Shown here: one piece after another, positions 24,645-35,865 of the stretch
How the letters are laid out: the number at the start of each line of letters is the position of its first letter
Position numbering within the stretch: the stretch's first letter is position 1
Translations under genes and position numbers: made by a program
Notes under the pieces: model-generated
Database searches by the model: none
What the model was told of the DNA's origin: nothing
What the model saw: the letters and a program-made list of their open reading frames with translations, nothing else
Assembly: GCA_965649825.1 (NCBI GenBank)
Contig: OZ287697.1
Coordinates: 186,001 to 250,000, forward strand
DNA from: Penicillus capitatus
Taxonomy: Eukaryota; Plantae; Chlorophyta
DNA length: 64,000 nucleotides
Direction: 5' to 3'

Positions 24645-27600
24645 TCACTTCACCCTTGGATGGATCTTTATCCAAATGCCGTCCATTGATTCAGTGACCA
24701 GGCTATTCCGAGCCCTCATCATGAGATCGCCGAAAGGAATGGTTAACGACAATGTGTAATGTTCGACCAAACGGACGACGGCCAATCGCATCTGCAGCAG
24801 CGCCAATCGCTGTCCGACGCAGTCCCTTGGTCCATGCGAAAATCCGAGATAGTGTTTCTGAGATGTGTCCTCTCCATTCAACCATCGCTCCGGTCTAAAC
24901 TCCTTTGGACTTTTCCAATCGTCTTCTGCATCTAGCCATCGGTTACTGGCCAGAGCGATCTCAGTGCCGGGTGGCACACGATATCCCAGGACGTCCATGT
25001 CCTTTGTGGTGACGCGTGCAAAGGTCCCGGTAATCACATCGCAGATCCTCGTGCCTTCCTTCACGACGGCATACAGGTACGGCAAATCTGTTAGATTCTC
25101 CATACGGATCTCTCGCGCAGCTGATCCACTGGGTCCCTTATCCTTCAACTCCTTCAGAATGTTCTCAACGACGTGGGGATGAGAAGCCAGTAATGCGAGA
25201 ATCCATGCCAGTTGATGACCTGTCGTGTCCATTCCTGTCGTCACAACCGAAGCAACCTCCGCCCTCAGATTCTCGTACGAGATTGCTTTTCCGGTATCGG
25301 GATCAATCAGCGATCTTATCGTATGCCAGAAAGGCATTTCTCCTTGAGGCGGATCGTCTCTGCTCAGTACATCTTCCGTCACTCTGTCCCACTCGGCAGT
25401 GAGATCATCGATCATTGACTTCCGCAGCCGAGACATCGGAGTAAACGGAAAGAACGTGCAGTATAGTAATTTCAATGGGTTCACCTCTTCTTCGACAGCA
25501 AGGCGCCCCACTTCGATCAAATGTCGATGCAGATCTCGACTGCCGTCGAGTCCACCAGCGTTGACATCCAAAGCGACGCGACCAATGATATCCAATGTAA
25601 ATCTTGTGCAGAGTTGCTGCATATCTACTGCTCCATTGCTCCTTTCTGCTTCGATGCAGTCGATCATCTGATCGATGATGTCATGTGTCATTGGTATGGC
25701 GAGTTTCAGGTGTTTTGTATCGAAGGCTGTAAGGAAGCATTGACGAATGGCTCGGACAAAGGGCGTCGTTTTGGTGATGTTGAACAGATTCTTGGTACCG
25801 CTACCCCCGATCATCTGTCACATCAAAGAGTTTTGGCATAAACATACCAAACAGGATTCGATACTAACGATCTGGGCAGAGCTGAGGGTGACCTTCGGCA
25901 GCGCGCTTCTCTTCGACAGAAGAACGGATTTGGCGAAGTCCATGTCTCTGACAAAGAGTACCACCCGTCCGAAAAAGTTCAGCTGTGAAATTGTTCGCGA
26001 TCAGTGTAGGAAATGAACATCTAACTGTCATCTGTGTAACCACCGGAAGCGGTGGAGCCGTCACATAACCATCCAGGCGCGCCGACCATCGGTCGCGACG
26101 GATGTCGGCTCTCGACCTAACTTCCCCATAACGTAAGGGGTGTGGTTATGCTGCATGCACTAGGAGTTCGCAGCTGTTAGGACGTAAGGTTAGGAAGTCC
26201 ATAACCACCCTGGGTATATAAGGTCGACATTTCACCTTGTAACAACTCCTATTCGTATTGCCTCAAATCTGATTGCGTTTCTGTCGTGACGTTGCGCGAA
26301 GACTCGACTATCGTCTGAACCACTCTTACATACGATTCCCTACATTTGGTGGACCTCCGGGGCAACTGTCGAGCGTTTCCTATCGCTTCTGACGCAGCAT
26401 GCGCATCGAGTCGATTGCCTTCCCGCGTTACGATGGACGCACTGACCCTAGGAGATGGGTCAGCAAGATGACCTCGCTCTTCCGCCTGCAGCAAATAGAG
26501 GACCAGCCCGGGACGCGAGCCGAAATCGCAGTCACCTTGCTTGACGGACCAGCCGCGGATTGGGCTGAACTGCACCATGACGCCGACGCCCATCTGAATA
26601 TCGACTGGGCCGATTGGAGTCAGCTGGTGATCGACCGTTTTGTTCGCGACCAGGACCCTGACCGCGCCAGAGACCAGCTCAGACACATCTTCCAGAAGCG
26701 ACGGGAATCCTTGATCGCGTACGCTGAGCGCTTCGCCTTGATGTGTTCTAGAGCTCAGCCTGCTGTCGACCCAGACGATTACTACAAGTACTGGCTGAGA
26801 GGCCTCCGGAATGACCGCGCGGCAGAATACGCATTCACTCGACTTGCTGCAAGCAACAACGCGCCAACCTACGAATATGCCGTTCGCTATGCGAAGTACG
26901 CGACGGAGGCGCGCAAGAATGTCCGAGGGTACGAGGAGACCGACGAAGAGGAAGACGAACCTGAACCTCAACATGAAAATCGTAACCATCCGACGGTCCT
27001 CAAGGAGAACGGAGCTCGTCGCCTTGCGAAGACAGGGCGAAGAACCACAACCATCGTGGCTGAGGAACCGGCGGCGGATGACTCCGAAGACGAAGAACTC
27101 CGTCAACTCATCTCCGGACTGACAGGCCTGCTTGCGAAGAGGCAGGAAAAGCGACGCGCAAGACGCGCAGAATGCAACGCGTCTCGCTTCGTTGAGTCTG
27201 TGTCCGAGGATGAAGACAACGAGGGGGCTGAAGCAACCGCCAGAATGGCGGATGAAGATGAGCAGCAACCCAGTAAGCGACGCCGAGGTGCGCCAGGGAA
27301 GAAAGCGCGAAAGCCGCGCAAGAAACCTGAACTTGACCGAGAATGGGCGGACTATGCTGCGCAAGCATGGGCCATTCCACTGCGTTTCCTGAAAGGACGC
27401 AGCAAACGTGAGGTGTACTCCCAAGTGATACTGGCGCTGAGAGACGCGTTCGGTTTCACTCCAAAGCCCAAAAAGAAGAAGGGCGAAGATGAGCCTTCTG
27501 CTTCAGCACCACCGCAGCAGACCGACGTGTATATGGAACCGGCAGCGCAACAACCGCAAGGACCGCAACCGTACCAAGCCACCCTCGCGCAAAAACGAGG

Positions 27601-30600
27601 CGGCAGGGACTGGCTCGAGCGATGCAAGGTATTCGTCGCAGGGCAGTTCGTGCCCAAGGTGATTGTAGACCCTGGCTCCTCGAACTCCATAATGGATGCG
27701 GAGTTCGCCCGTCAATTCCGCATCAAGCACACTACGCCCAGCCAAGGAACGTTACTGCTTGCGGATGGTTCTGTCCAGAAACCGCTAGGACGCACTGACG
27801 AAGTTCGCGTCGAAGTGGGCGGTGTTTGGATACATCAAGCTTTCAGTGTCCTGCCGACGAAGAATTCATATGACATTCTTCTCGGTACGGACTGGCTGCG
27901 CACCGTCCGCAGCCGAGCCGACTTCGAAGAAGGAACGTATACCTTCGGAGTGAAGAAGCGCATTACGGTCGTGCCGAGGTGGCGCAAACTGTTTTTCGCG
28001 AAAAAGCAACCCACAGCAGTTGAAGACGATACCTCCGATGCCAGCAGCGAATCCGATATGGCCGCTGCATTGGAGGAGTTGATCGAGCAAATGCAAGCCC
28101 TCGCCAGCGATAGCGAGAGTGAGGACGAGGACGAATGCTTCCTTGCACTGAGCGACCAGGTGCTTGGCGAATTGCACGTCAACCCGAAATTGAAGCCTGA
28201 GGTGCTTTCGGATATCCGCTCTCTCGTCAGTGAATACGTAGACTGTTTTGCATTAACCTTTCAAGACATGGTCAGGACGCCTTTAATGCAATTCGAGATC
28301 GAGTTGCGTCAAGGAGAAGTCGCGAAGCGCTGTGGCCGGACGCGACGCCTGGCGCCAAAAGAAACTGAGTTCGTCAAGGCACAAATTGACGAGCTGCTTG
28401 AAGCCAAGCTAATCATCCCTTGGGAAGAGGCCGCGAGAAAATATGGCTGCCCAAAACGCAAGGATCGTTGGCTGTCGCCAATCACCATCGCACCAAAGAA
28501 AGACGGTACCTTTCGATTCTGTTGTGCGTACCAGCGCCTCAACGACGCCACCATTCCAGACAAGTTCGTTCTGCCACGAGCGGACGACCTGCTGGACCGC
28601 GTCATGGGTCACGCGTGGTACTCGGCCCTCGATGGATTCAGTGGGTATTACTCCCTTGGGCTGCATCCTGAATCCGTACTAAAGACGGCCTTCGCCACGA
28701 GCTTCGGTGTCTACTGCTGGCTTGTCCTCCCCTTTGGAGTGACGAACGGTCCGGCTGCCTACTCGCGCTTGGTCGAGCAAGTCTATGGCGGATTGGACCG
28801 AGTCGGCGTCTTCATCGACGACGTCTGTTGTGCACACCAAGACGAAACCGGGATCATTGAAGACTTGCGACATGTGTTTCAGCGCTGTCGCAATGGAGGT
28901 CTCCGCCTGAAACCGAAGAAGTGCTTTATTGGCTATCGAGAAGTCGACTTCCTTGGCCACCGGCTGTGCCCAGAAGGGATGAGAATGGATGAAGCCAAAG
29001 TTGAGAAAATCGCAAGGATGCCCTCGCCGACGGACAGAAAACAACTGCAATCTCTTTACGGCATGTTCTCCTATTATCGCCGCTTCCTGAAGAACTTCGC
29101 GGGCGTAAGTGCGCCGATGTCAAGTCTCCTTTCGACACGACGAGACTTCTTGTGGACTCCCGACGCCCAGAAGGCACTGGAGGAGTTGAAGAAGCTCCTT
29201 GTCGACGGAGCGGTTTTGGCGGCAGTCAACGAAGACCTGCCCTTTCTCGTCGACACGGATGCCAGCGCTTACGGAATCGGGGCCGTTTTGTCACAGGAGA
29301 AAGACGGTGAAGAGCGTCCGATCTACTTCTACTCCAGACTCCTAAAGGATGCTGAGACACGATACTCAGCCACCGAGCGAGAAGGATTGGCATTGGTTGC
29401 CGGGCTCAAGAAATTTCGCATCTATGTCTTAGGACGCAAGGTGGTCGCTCGAACCGACCATGCAGCATTGTCACATATGCTGCGCAAAACAGACCTGACG
29501 GGTCGTATTGCCCGTTGGAAGCTCATCTTGTCCGAGTACGACGTCCATTATGTGACGAGGCCCGGAGAGAGACACCGCAACGCTGATGGACTGAGTCGCC
29601 TGGTCGATGAAGATTCGGAACCTCGACCAGTCAATAAAGAAGAGGAATGCGATGAATGTCCAGCGCTCGTGGCCGAAGACGTTGCTTCCGCTTTCCAAGC
29701 CTGCCGCGAGTACGCAGAAATCCTCCCCTCGGTCAACGAACAGGACAGTCGATTTCGGTGGGGTGAGCGCAAACTTTTCTTTGAAGACTTAGATGGACGG
29801 CGCAAGATTTGTCTGCTGCCGAACCAAGTCCGCGCAGTCGTCGGTGAAGAACACTGCGTCGGACACTTTTCTGCCGAAATAACATTACAACGAGTAAGGC
29901 AAAGATATTGGTTTCCGAAGATGCGCAAGCAAGTACAAGATCTCGTGAAGACCTGCCAAACCTGCCAGTTATTCGGTTCCAAGCCCCCCATCCGTAGCAC
30001 TATCCCCATTGCCATCGAAGAACCATGGGAGCTGGTCGAGTTGGACACGGTCGTCGGCTTGCCGGCGACGCCGAGGAAGGCAGTAGGGTTCGTCACGGCG
30101 ATCGACTGCTTCACAGGATTCGTAATAACAGATGCATTGACGTCCTTGGGAGCTGCGAAGACCCTCAAGTTCTTTATCAATAAAGTTGTTTGCGCTTGGG
30201 GCGTGCCGCAGAGAATCCTGACGGACAACGGGACGGAGTTCCAAGGTGTCTTTGGTGAGACGGTGAAGAATCTCGGGATCGAGCATCGATGGTCGACGCC
30301 ACGATACCCCCGCAGCCATGGCAAAGTCGAGAACGTACAACGCCTCGTCCTTGACCGCCTGAGGAAGTGCCAGAATCCGAGAAGCTGGGACGAGAACCTC
30401 CCGGCTGCGACGTTTGCTGTGAACGCACGACGAGGCAAGTTCCTGTCGCCACTCGAACTTCTCACAGGGGTCGTGCCGAAAAGCCGCACTGAAGTGAATC
30501 TGTTAGCCGGCGAGAGCAAAGGGGATGCAGAGCCCTTGCAGACCGCCCTTGCAGACCGTCTGACCGATCTTGCGCTTTGTCGCGAGCGTTTTCGTGACTC

Positions 30601-31522
30601 TGCGAGGAAGATCCGCGAGTCCTGGACTGCAGAAGCCGCGATCCCACGCATCGAGCCTGGGAAAGAGGTCCGCGTCTATCGACTTGAAGACCACGGGAAA
30701 CTCGAAGCAGCGTTCGAGAAAGGTGTCGTGACGTGGTGGGGGAATCAAGGAGCTTGCAGAGTACGGGTCGATGGCCGCATGAAGAGAGTACCGCAGTTCT
30801 GCGTGAAGCCGTGGATCGCTCCCCAATAAAGTTTTAATAACGCTCAATGGTTCTACCTTTTACCCGAGTTTTGTGTTTCGTTCATTCTGTCACTTAAACG
30901 TCGGGACCTGACGTGTTAAGTGAGGAGGAGTCACTGTAGGAAATGAACATCTAACTGTCATCTGTGTAACCACCGGAAGCGGTGGAGCCGTCACATAACC
31001 ATCCAGGCGCGCCGACCATCGGTCGCGACGGATGTCGGCTCTCGACCTAACTTCCCCATAACGTAAGGGGTGTGGTTATGCTGCATGCACTAGGAGTTCG
31101 CAGCTGTTAGGACGTAAGGTTAGGAAGTCCATAACCACCCTGGGTATATAAGGTCGACATTTCACCTTGTAACAACTCCTATTCGTATTGCCTCAAATCT
31201 GATTGCGTTTCTGTCGTGACGTTGCGCGAAGACTCGACTATCGTCTGAACCACTCTTACATACGATTCCCTACAATCAGCTTTGTGGAAGAAAGGGCGTT
31301 TGGTGATACCTTTATGATCTTTGGCCAGCCGAGACGCTTCCACCAGTAGGCGCGTACGTACGTGATCTCTTTTGCGCCGCTGCCGCCGAGGAAGAGCAGC
31401 GTGTGGCCGAGTAGAGGCCACTCGGGCGGGGAGGGTATTTTGTGAATGTCGTACTTCCACCGTACCCAAAGCGCTCTCGCGCAAAGAATGGCCACGAAGG
31501 CAACAAAGAGTTGCAGAAGCAT
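24645..31522 (-). CDS. Cytochrome P450 (P450-7, same subgroup as P450-6), ~498 aa; intron 1 contains the Gypsy element
   Basis: Exons 31522-31310, 25982-25869, 25814-24645, all open. Motifs TGMDTT, KEGTR, PERW, FSHGPRDCVG. Removing the element and one TSD leaves a 52-bp intron. Confidence 0.88.
26005..26344 (+). repeat. 5' LTR
   Basis: Identical by eye to 30935-31274. TATATAA at 26215 and TGTAA at 26238. Confidence 0.95.
26347..26362 (+). promoter_or_regulatory. Primer-binding site, probably for tRNA-Ala
   Basis: TGGTGGACCTCCGGGG 2 nt after the LTR. The complement ends ...GUCC-A-CCA, giving U70-C71-C72-A73 as in tRNA-Ala acceptor stems. Confidence 0.6.
26399..30829 (+). CDS. Gag-Pol polyprotein, 1476 aa
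   Basis: Gag (FPRYDG...W...RF), protease (IVDPGSS), RT (LDGFSGY, LPFG, VFIDD), RNase H (TDASAYGIGAVL, TDH, ADGLSR), integrase (H-H-C-C; ELDT, TDNGTEF, GKVE). No stops or frameshifts. Confidence 0.96.
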   Translation: MRIESIAFPRYDGRTDPRRWVSKMTSLFRLQQIEDQPGTRAEIAVTLLDGPAADWAELHHDADAHLNIDWADWSQLVIDRFVRDQDPDRARDQLRHIFQKRRESLIAYAERFALMCSRAQPAVDPDDYYKYWLRGLRNDRAAEYAFTRLAASNNAPTYEYAVRYAKYATEARKNVRGYEETDEEEDEPEPQHENRNHPTVLKENGARRLAKTGRRTTTIVAEEPAADDSEDEELRQLISGLTGLLAKRQEKRRARRAECNASRFVESVSEDEDNEGAEATARMADEDEQQPSKRRRGAPGKKARKPRKKPELDREWADYAAQAWAIPLRFLKGRSKREVYSQVILALRDAFGFTPKPKKKKGEDEPSASAPPQQTDVYMEPAAQQPQGPQPYQATLAQKRGGRDWLERCKVFVAGQFVPKVIVDPGSSNSIMDAEFARQFRIKHTTPSQGTLLLADGSVQKPLGRTDEVRVEVGGVWIHQAFSVLPTKNSYDILLGTDWLRTVRSRADFEEGTYTFGVKKRITVVPRWRKLFFAKKQPTAVEDDTSDASSESDMAAALEELIEQMQALASDSESEDEDECFLALSDQVLGELHVNPKLKPEVLSDIRSLVSEYVDCFALTFQDMVRTPLMQFEIELRQGEVAKRCGRTRRLAPKETEFVKAQIDELLEAKLIIPWEEAARKYGCPKRKDRWLSPITIAPKKDGTFRFCCAYQRLNDATIPDKFVLPRADDLLDRVMGHAWYSALDGFSGYYSLGLHPESVLKTAFATSFGVYCWLVLPFGVTNGPAAYSRLVEQVYGGLDRVGVFIDDVCCAHQDETGIIEDLRHVFQRCRNGGLRLKPKKCFIGYREVDFLGHRLCPEGMRMDEAKVEKIARMPSPTDRKQLQSLYGMFSYYRRFLKNFAGVSAPMSSLLSTRRDFLWTPDAQKALEELKKLLVDGAVLAAVNEDLPFLVDTDASAYGIGAVLSQEKDGEERPIYFYSRLLKDAETRYSATEREGLALVAGLKKFRIYVLGRKVVARTDHAALSHMLRKTDLTGRIARWKLILSEYDVHYVTRPGERHRNADGLSRLVDEDSEPRPVNKEEECDECPALVAEDVASAFQACREYAEILPSVNEQDSRFRWGERKLFFEDLDGRRKICLLPNQVRAVVGEEHCVGHFSAEITLQRVRQRYWFPKMRKQVQDLVKTCQTCQLFGSKPPIRSTIPIAIEEPWELVELDTVVGLPATPRKAVGFVTAIDCFTGFVITDALTSLGAAKTLKFFINKVVCAWGVPQRILTDNGTEFQGVFGETVKNLGIEHRWSTPRYPRSHGKVENVQRLVLDRLRKCQNPRSWDENLPAATFAVNARRGKFLSPLELLTGVVPKSRTEVNLLAGESKGDAEPLQTALADRLTDLALCRERFRDSARKIRESWTAEAAIPRIEPGKEVRVYRLEDHGKLEAAFEKGVVTWWGNQGACRVRVDGRMKRVPQFCVKPWIAPQ
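30918..30930 (+). promoter_or_regulatory. Polypurine tract
   Basis: AAGTGAGGAGGAG 4 nt before the 3' LTR. Confidence 0.75.
30935..31274 (+). repeat. 3' LTR
   Basis: Direct repeat of 26005-26344 at offset 4930. Confidence 0.95.
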
Positions 31523-32777
31523 GTGAAACTTCTGCGGCAAGATAGCGACTTGATGGCGCAATGCGTTCGAAGGAAAGCGATTCACAGGGGCGGTCCAGAT
31601 TGATACTTTTTTTCTGGTTTTGATGCCACAATGATGAATGAATCAGTGAGCACCGTACGTTTCCAGTCGTACTGCAAACGAATGTCGTAGAAAAATTCTG
31701 TTACAGAGAGGACAGGGAGATCTCTCGCCGCCGTTGTTGATGCGACAGGGTGGACAGGGTGAACGTGGAGGCATATGTCGAGGCCATAAGTTGACCGAAA
31801 GAAAAATTGCGACCGTCGTAGGGGACAGCTGGTAGTTTCGCTGTCGCCTCAATAGGACAGCTGTCTCCTTCCGCGTCACGTCGTTAGTACGCTACGTAAA
31901 CGCACCCGTGTATGGAACTCTGCCTCGTCTGTAATCCATCAGTGTTGTCGTGTCTTATCTTCGGCGGTGACAAAATGATATGTTAAAGCCACCGCGTCTC
32001 AAATCGACACAGATTCGAATGGAGATGGCGTTTAATCCTCGCCTGTACGGTCTAGAATAAGTTTCCCCCCAGTCGATCCGTATCCGACGTCTGTGGACAT
32101 CCGCATGTCTTCGAGTCTTGGACATGAACATGCGCTCGCAACGTCCAACCTTATGCTTGTTGCCTTTAAGTGCGTGTCCTCTTGCGGAAACCAGGCCTGA
32201 CGATAGCATCTGTGACGGATGCGAGTCGTGCGGGGAACTTCGTGGCAATTAGTTATTTAACTAACTGGCAAGCGTACACAACAAAAGGGTCCGCTTAAAT
32301 ACTTGGAATCCCCATGACCGGGGCATCACGTCATGCACGGCGTCATGCCTCCGGCGCCTCGATGACCTGAGGCATCCTTTACAGTCTGTCCACTGTTTTC
32401 GCCTATCAGCCGTAGACCATTGCAGCGAGAGACGAGTTGCATGAGCGTTGTCGCTGTGCACATGCGTTAATTCGACTCGGTTCCTAAGCATTACAACCGC
32501 ATCCTCACATCCATCAGGTAGCCACGCGTCAGGGTGCTTCACAACGATTTCATTTGCGGCAACTGTCGCCAGCCGGGCCGCGCAGAAAAGAACAAGCAGC
32601 GGAAGACTTCGCGTTTTACAGAGCGGGGTACTGAATGGTTTAGACTGTCCATTAAATACGCGCGTGATGACGCGACTTCCTAGGCAGGTGAGTCAGAACG
32701 CTGCCATCACCATAGAAAACGGCCGTTTGGCCCTCCGCTGACCCGGTATGACAAGACAGCCAGCGCCTCTGACGACA

Positions 32778-33112
32778 TGTTGGAAATGTAGCGTCCTAGC
32801 CGTTGTTCGTAGCCATCGGAAGCGGTCCGCTGTCCTGGTAACCACCCTGGAGCGCTGACCATCAGACGCGACGGGTGTTAGCCTCCGAGCCAACTTCCTC
32901 ATAACAGTAGGGCGATGGTTTCCGGACGTGCCTTGAAGTTCGCGACTGTTAGTGCTGCGGTTAGGAAACTCTTAACCACCGTGGATATTTAAGGTTGACA
33001 TTCCTGTTGTAATTATTCTCGAGTTCCTGTGCCAAGTCTGAGCGTTCGTCTATCGTCGTCGTCGCGTGTGATTCGACTCTGTTCTTTGAACATCGTTACA
33101 TCGATCCCAAAA
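32778..33112 (+). mobile_element. Diverged solo LTR (335 bp) related to the Gypsy element
   Basis: Collinear similarity to the 340-bp LTR (GGAAAT, CGGAAGCGGT, GACCATC..CGCGACGG, AACTTCC.CATAAC, GGTTAGGAA, TGTAA). TSD CGACA at 32773-32777 and 33113-33117. End CCAAAA (CCAACA expected). Confidence 0.8.
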
Positions 33113-34262
33113 CGACACCTGACCCCTGTTCAACAAGACAGTCCACATCGACAAGGAAACCTTGGCGACATCAACATACAGGGTTTCTCTGTTCTGTTCT
33201 GTTCATTCCATAGATCACTCTTGACATGGTGCGTTTTCCGTTTTGTCGATATAGATGAAGTGTCTATCCAGCTTTGTGTGTCGAAATGGTGCCTCGGAAC
33301 AGTTAGATGGTTGACTGTAGTGGGGAGTTTACTCTGGTGTTGAAAGCTCGATTATGTGGACCGACTAATCAGTCGTATCACCGCGTAGGTATCTAAAAGA
33401 TGAGTCTGAAATTCTCACGACCGCGATCAGAGTACCTGTAAGCTTTCCGTGTGCTTCTCACTCTCGATGGGCGACCGACAGGGCGACAGTTTTACGAGAT
33501 TTGCATCAAAGTCGACTGCACAACACATACGATCTCGGTGAAAGGTGATCTCCTTTTCACCACATGCGGAGTATAAGTCTGTCTGATGAAGAATTTTAAT
33601 GTAAAACCGAATCACTCACTCCATATAGTTAGTGCCTCGCATGTCGGTTGACATCTCTGCGATGTAGAGTAATCGGGGAGTACAAAATCTGAAATGCAAA
33701 AAGGAGCCATTGTCCAGCGGATCGCATTCCGCTCATTGATGTGTTGGAATCTATCGGCTGAAGCGATTTGGGCTGAGTAATCAAGAAGACGCCAGCTGCT
33801 CTCTAGGTAAGAGGCAGGCGACAAGCTATCTTATAACACATCTATTGTGGTCGCACAGTTCCGCCATATCTAGCTGACCTCACATCTATGTTCGATTGTC
33901 GCTAAAGAAAGAAGGCATCGGTTACAAGAGTTTGTCTGTGGATGTCTTGAAATAACCTGCTTCTCTCACAATTACGATGTCCATGTGGAGAACATCATTC
34001 ATTTAAGCGTTGGTCAGATGGTCAGATTGTGACGCATGGCAAAGCGACAGCCGGACGATTTAGAGAGATTATTAGTCAACCTGCATTGCATTACAAAGGA
34101 TTATTCGTTGAAGGACACATTTTTTACTATGCATTGCAAGAGAGACGAATAGTCAGCCCACACACTTTCTGTTCTCGACATACAATGCTTCCATTTAGAA
34201 GACACGCATTAGATAAGCTTTGCAGTACCGGACATTAAACGTCCAAAAGGATTATAACCGTG

Positions 34263-35865
34263 CTAAGGAGAAGTCTTCCTCGGCTCGAAGTTCAGCCAGA
34301 TACCATTCTCTGCTTCGATGACGAGACTAGTTACCGCGTTGTGTGCCAGATCCGCATACGACCCGACCAGGGAGACCTCGTACTTTTGAAGAATTGCGAC
34401 GATGGCGACGCGCATTTCCAGCATCGCCAACTTCTGTCCAGGGCAATCTCTGGGGCCTGAAGAAAACTGCAGGTTATGCGAACAGCAAATTTCGTCGTTG
34501 TTGAGCCATCTCTCTGGCTTGAAGCTTTCCGGATCGTTCCAGTCTGTGTCGATGTTAAAGGCGTAGTTGCCAATTTGCATAATCCTTGTCCCCTTCGGGA
34601 TCTTGTATCCGAGAATGTTCATGTCCCTTGGCACACTTCGACTGAGGATCGCAAAAATGACGTGTGCTACCCTCATTCCTTCTTTGACAACAGCGTTCAG
34701 ATAGGCCAGCTTCGACAAGTCTTCAAACTGCAGATCCTTCTGAATGTCTCCATGCAGACCGTGCTGTCTTAACTCGTCTAAGATCTTTCCCACGACAGCC
34801 GGACGGGCACCCAAGAGAGCAAAAATCCATGCAAGTTGATGACCGGTAGCGTCCATCCCAGCAACAACTACATTTGCGACCTCGGCCAACATGACGTCGG
34901 GGTCCACAGGCTTCTTCGTTTCTGGATCCACCAAATGTTTTAGTCCGTACCAAATGGGTTCTTCGCCGTCGACAGGGTCATCTCGGGCCAGTATTTCATC
35001 TGTTAGCAGTTTCCACTCGTTGTTCAATTTGTCGATAACCGAACTTCGGTGCAGTCCAGCCTTCGAGTTTGGAAAGAGCCTGCAGTAGGCATTGTTGAGC
35101 GGATTGATAAAAGCTTCTCTTGCCACATGTCCTGCTGCCAAGATAAGATCGAGCATTTTTCCACTGCCGTCCAAACCACCCAGATTCTTGTCGAAGGCGA
35201 TAACGCCAATGGCATCCAACGTCATCGAGACGAACAGCCTCTGGACGTCGATTGGACCCTTCTCTCTCGCAGATTCGATGATGGAGATCATCTTTTGCAT
35301 GACACCGTGGATCTTCGGCATTGCCATCTTCAGATTGTTCGATTGAGAGGCGGTTAAGTACACCCTACGAACTGCCTTGACATACGGCGTCACTTCAGCA
35401 TGCAGAAAATGCGACATTGCTCGTATATTGTTTCCTAACGCCTGCGAGCGCAAAACCACGTGATTTTACACGTCATTCAACTCACCGGAAGCACGTAAGG
35501 TTTTTTCTCGACCATTCGATGAAAGGGATCCGTGTTGGACAACATACAGTTCCTTATAAACTCGTCGTCTGTGACCACCAGCCACACTTCGCCCATTAAG
35601 TCGAACTACAACATCATTTTGTACTTCTCATACTGACAACAAACATCAAAACCCGCATCAGCTTCGGGTAACCAAGGCGCTTGAGACGTTGTCCGATCCA
35701 CTTCGCTAGGTTTCTGAGTCCTCCGCCGTTGACGAAGTCGGGAGTGTGACCCAGGATCGGCCAGCCAGGCGGCGTCGGTACCTTGTGGAGATCATACCTC
35801 CATCTGCGCCAAAGGAAACGCGTCACGATTGCGACGAGCAAAGAGCAGAGGACGGCAGTCCACAT
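34263..35865 (-). CDS. Cytochrome P450 (P450-8), ~503 aa
   Basis: Exons 35865-35653, 35605-35486, 35441-34263. I-helix AGMDAT, KEGMR, PERW, FSSGPRDCPG. Confidence 0.93.

Larger units (their letters stand above)
26005..31274 (+). mobile_element. Full-length Ty3/Gypsy LTR retrotransposon, 5270 bp
   Basis: Two 340-bp LTRs (TGTAGG...CCTACA), 5-bp TSD ATCAG (26000-26004, 31275-31279), PBS, PPT, and one Gag-Pol ORF in PR-RT-RH-INT order. Confidence 0.97.

Noticed and set aside
26249-27424. 391-aa antisense ORF (also 29548-30651) within the retrotransposon
   Set aside because: Shadow frames of the GC-rich gag-pol with no recognisable motifs.
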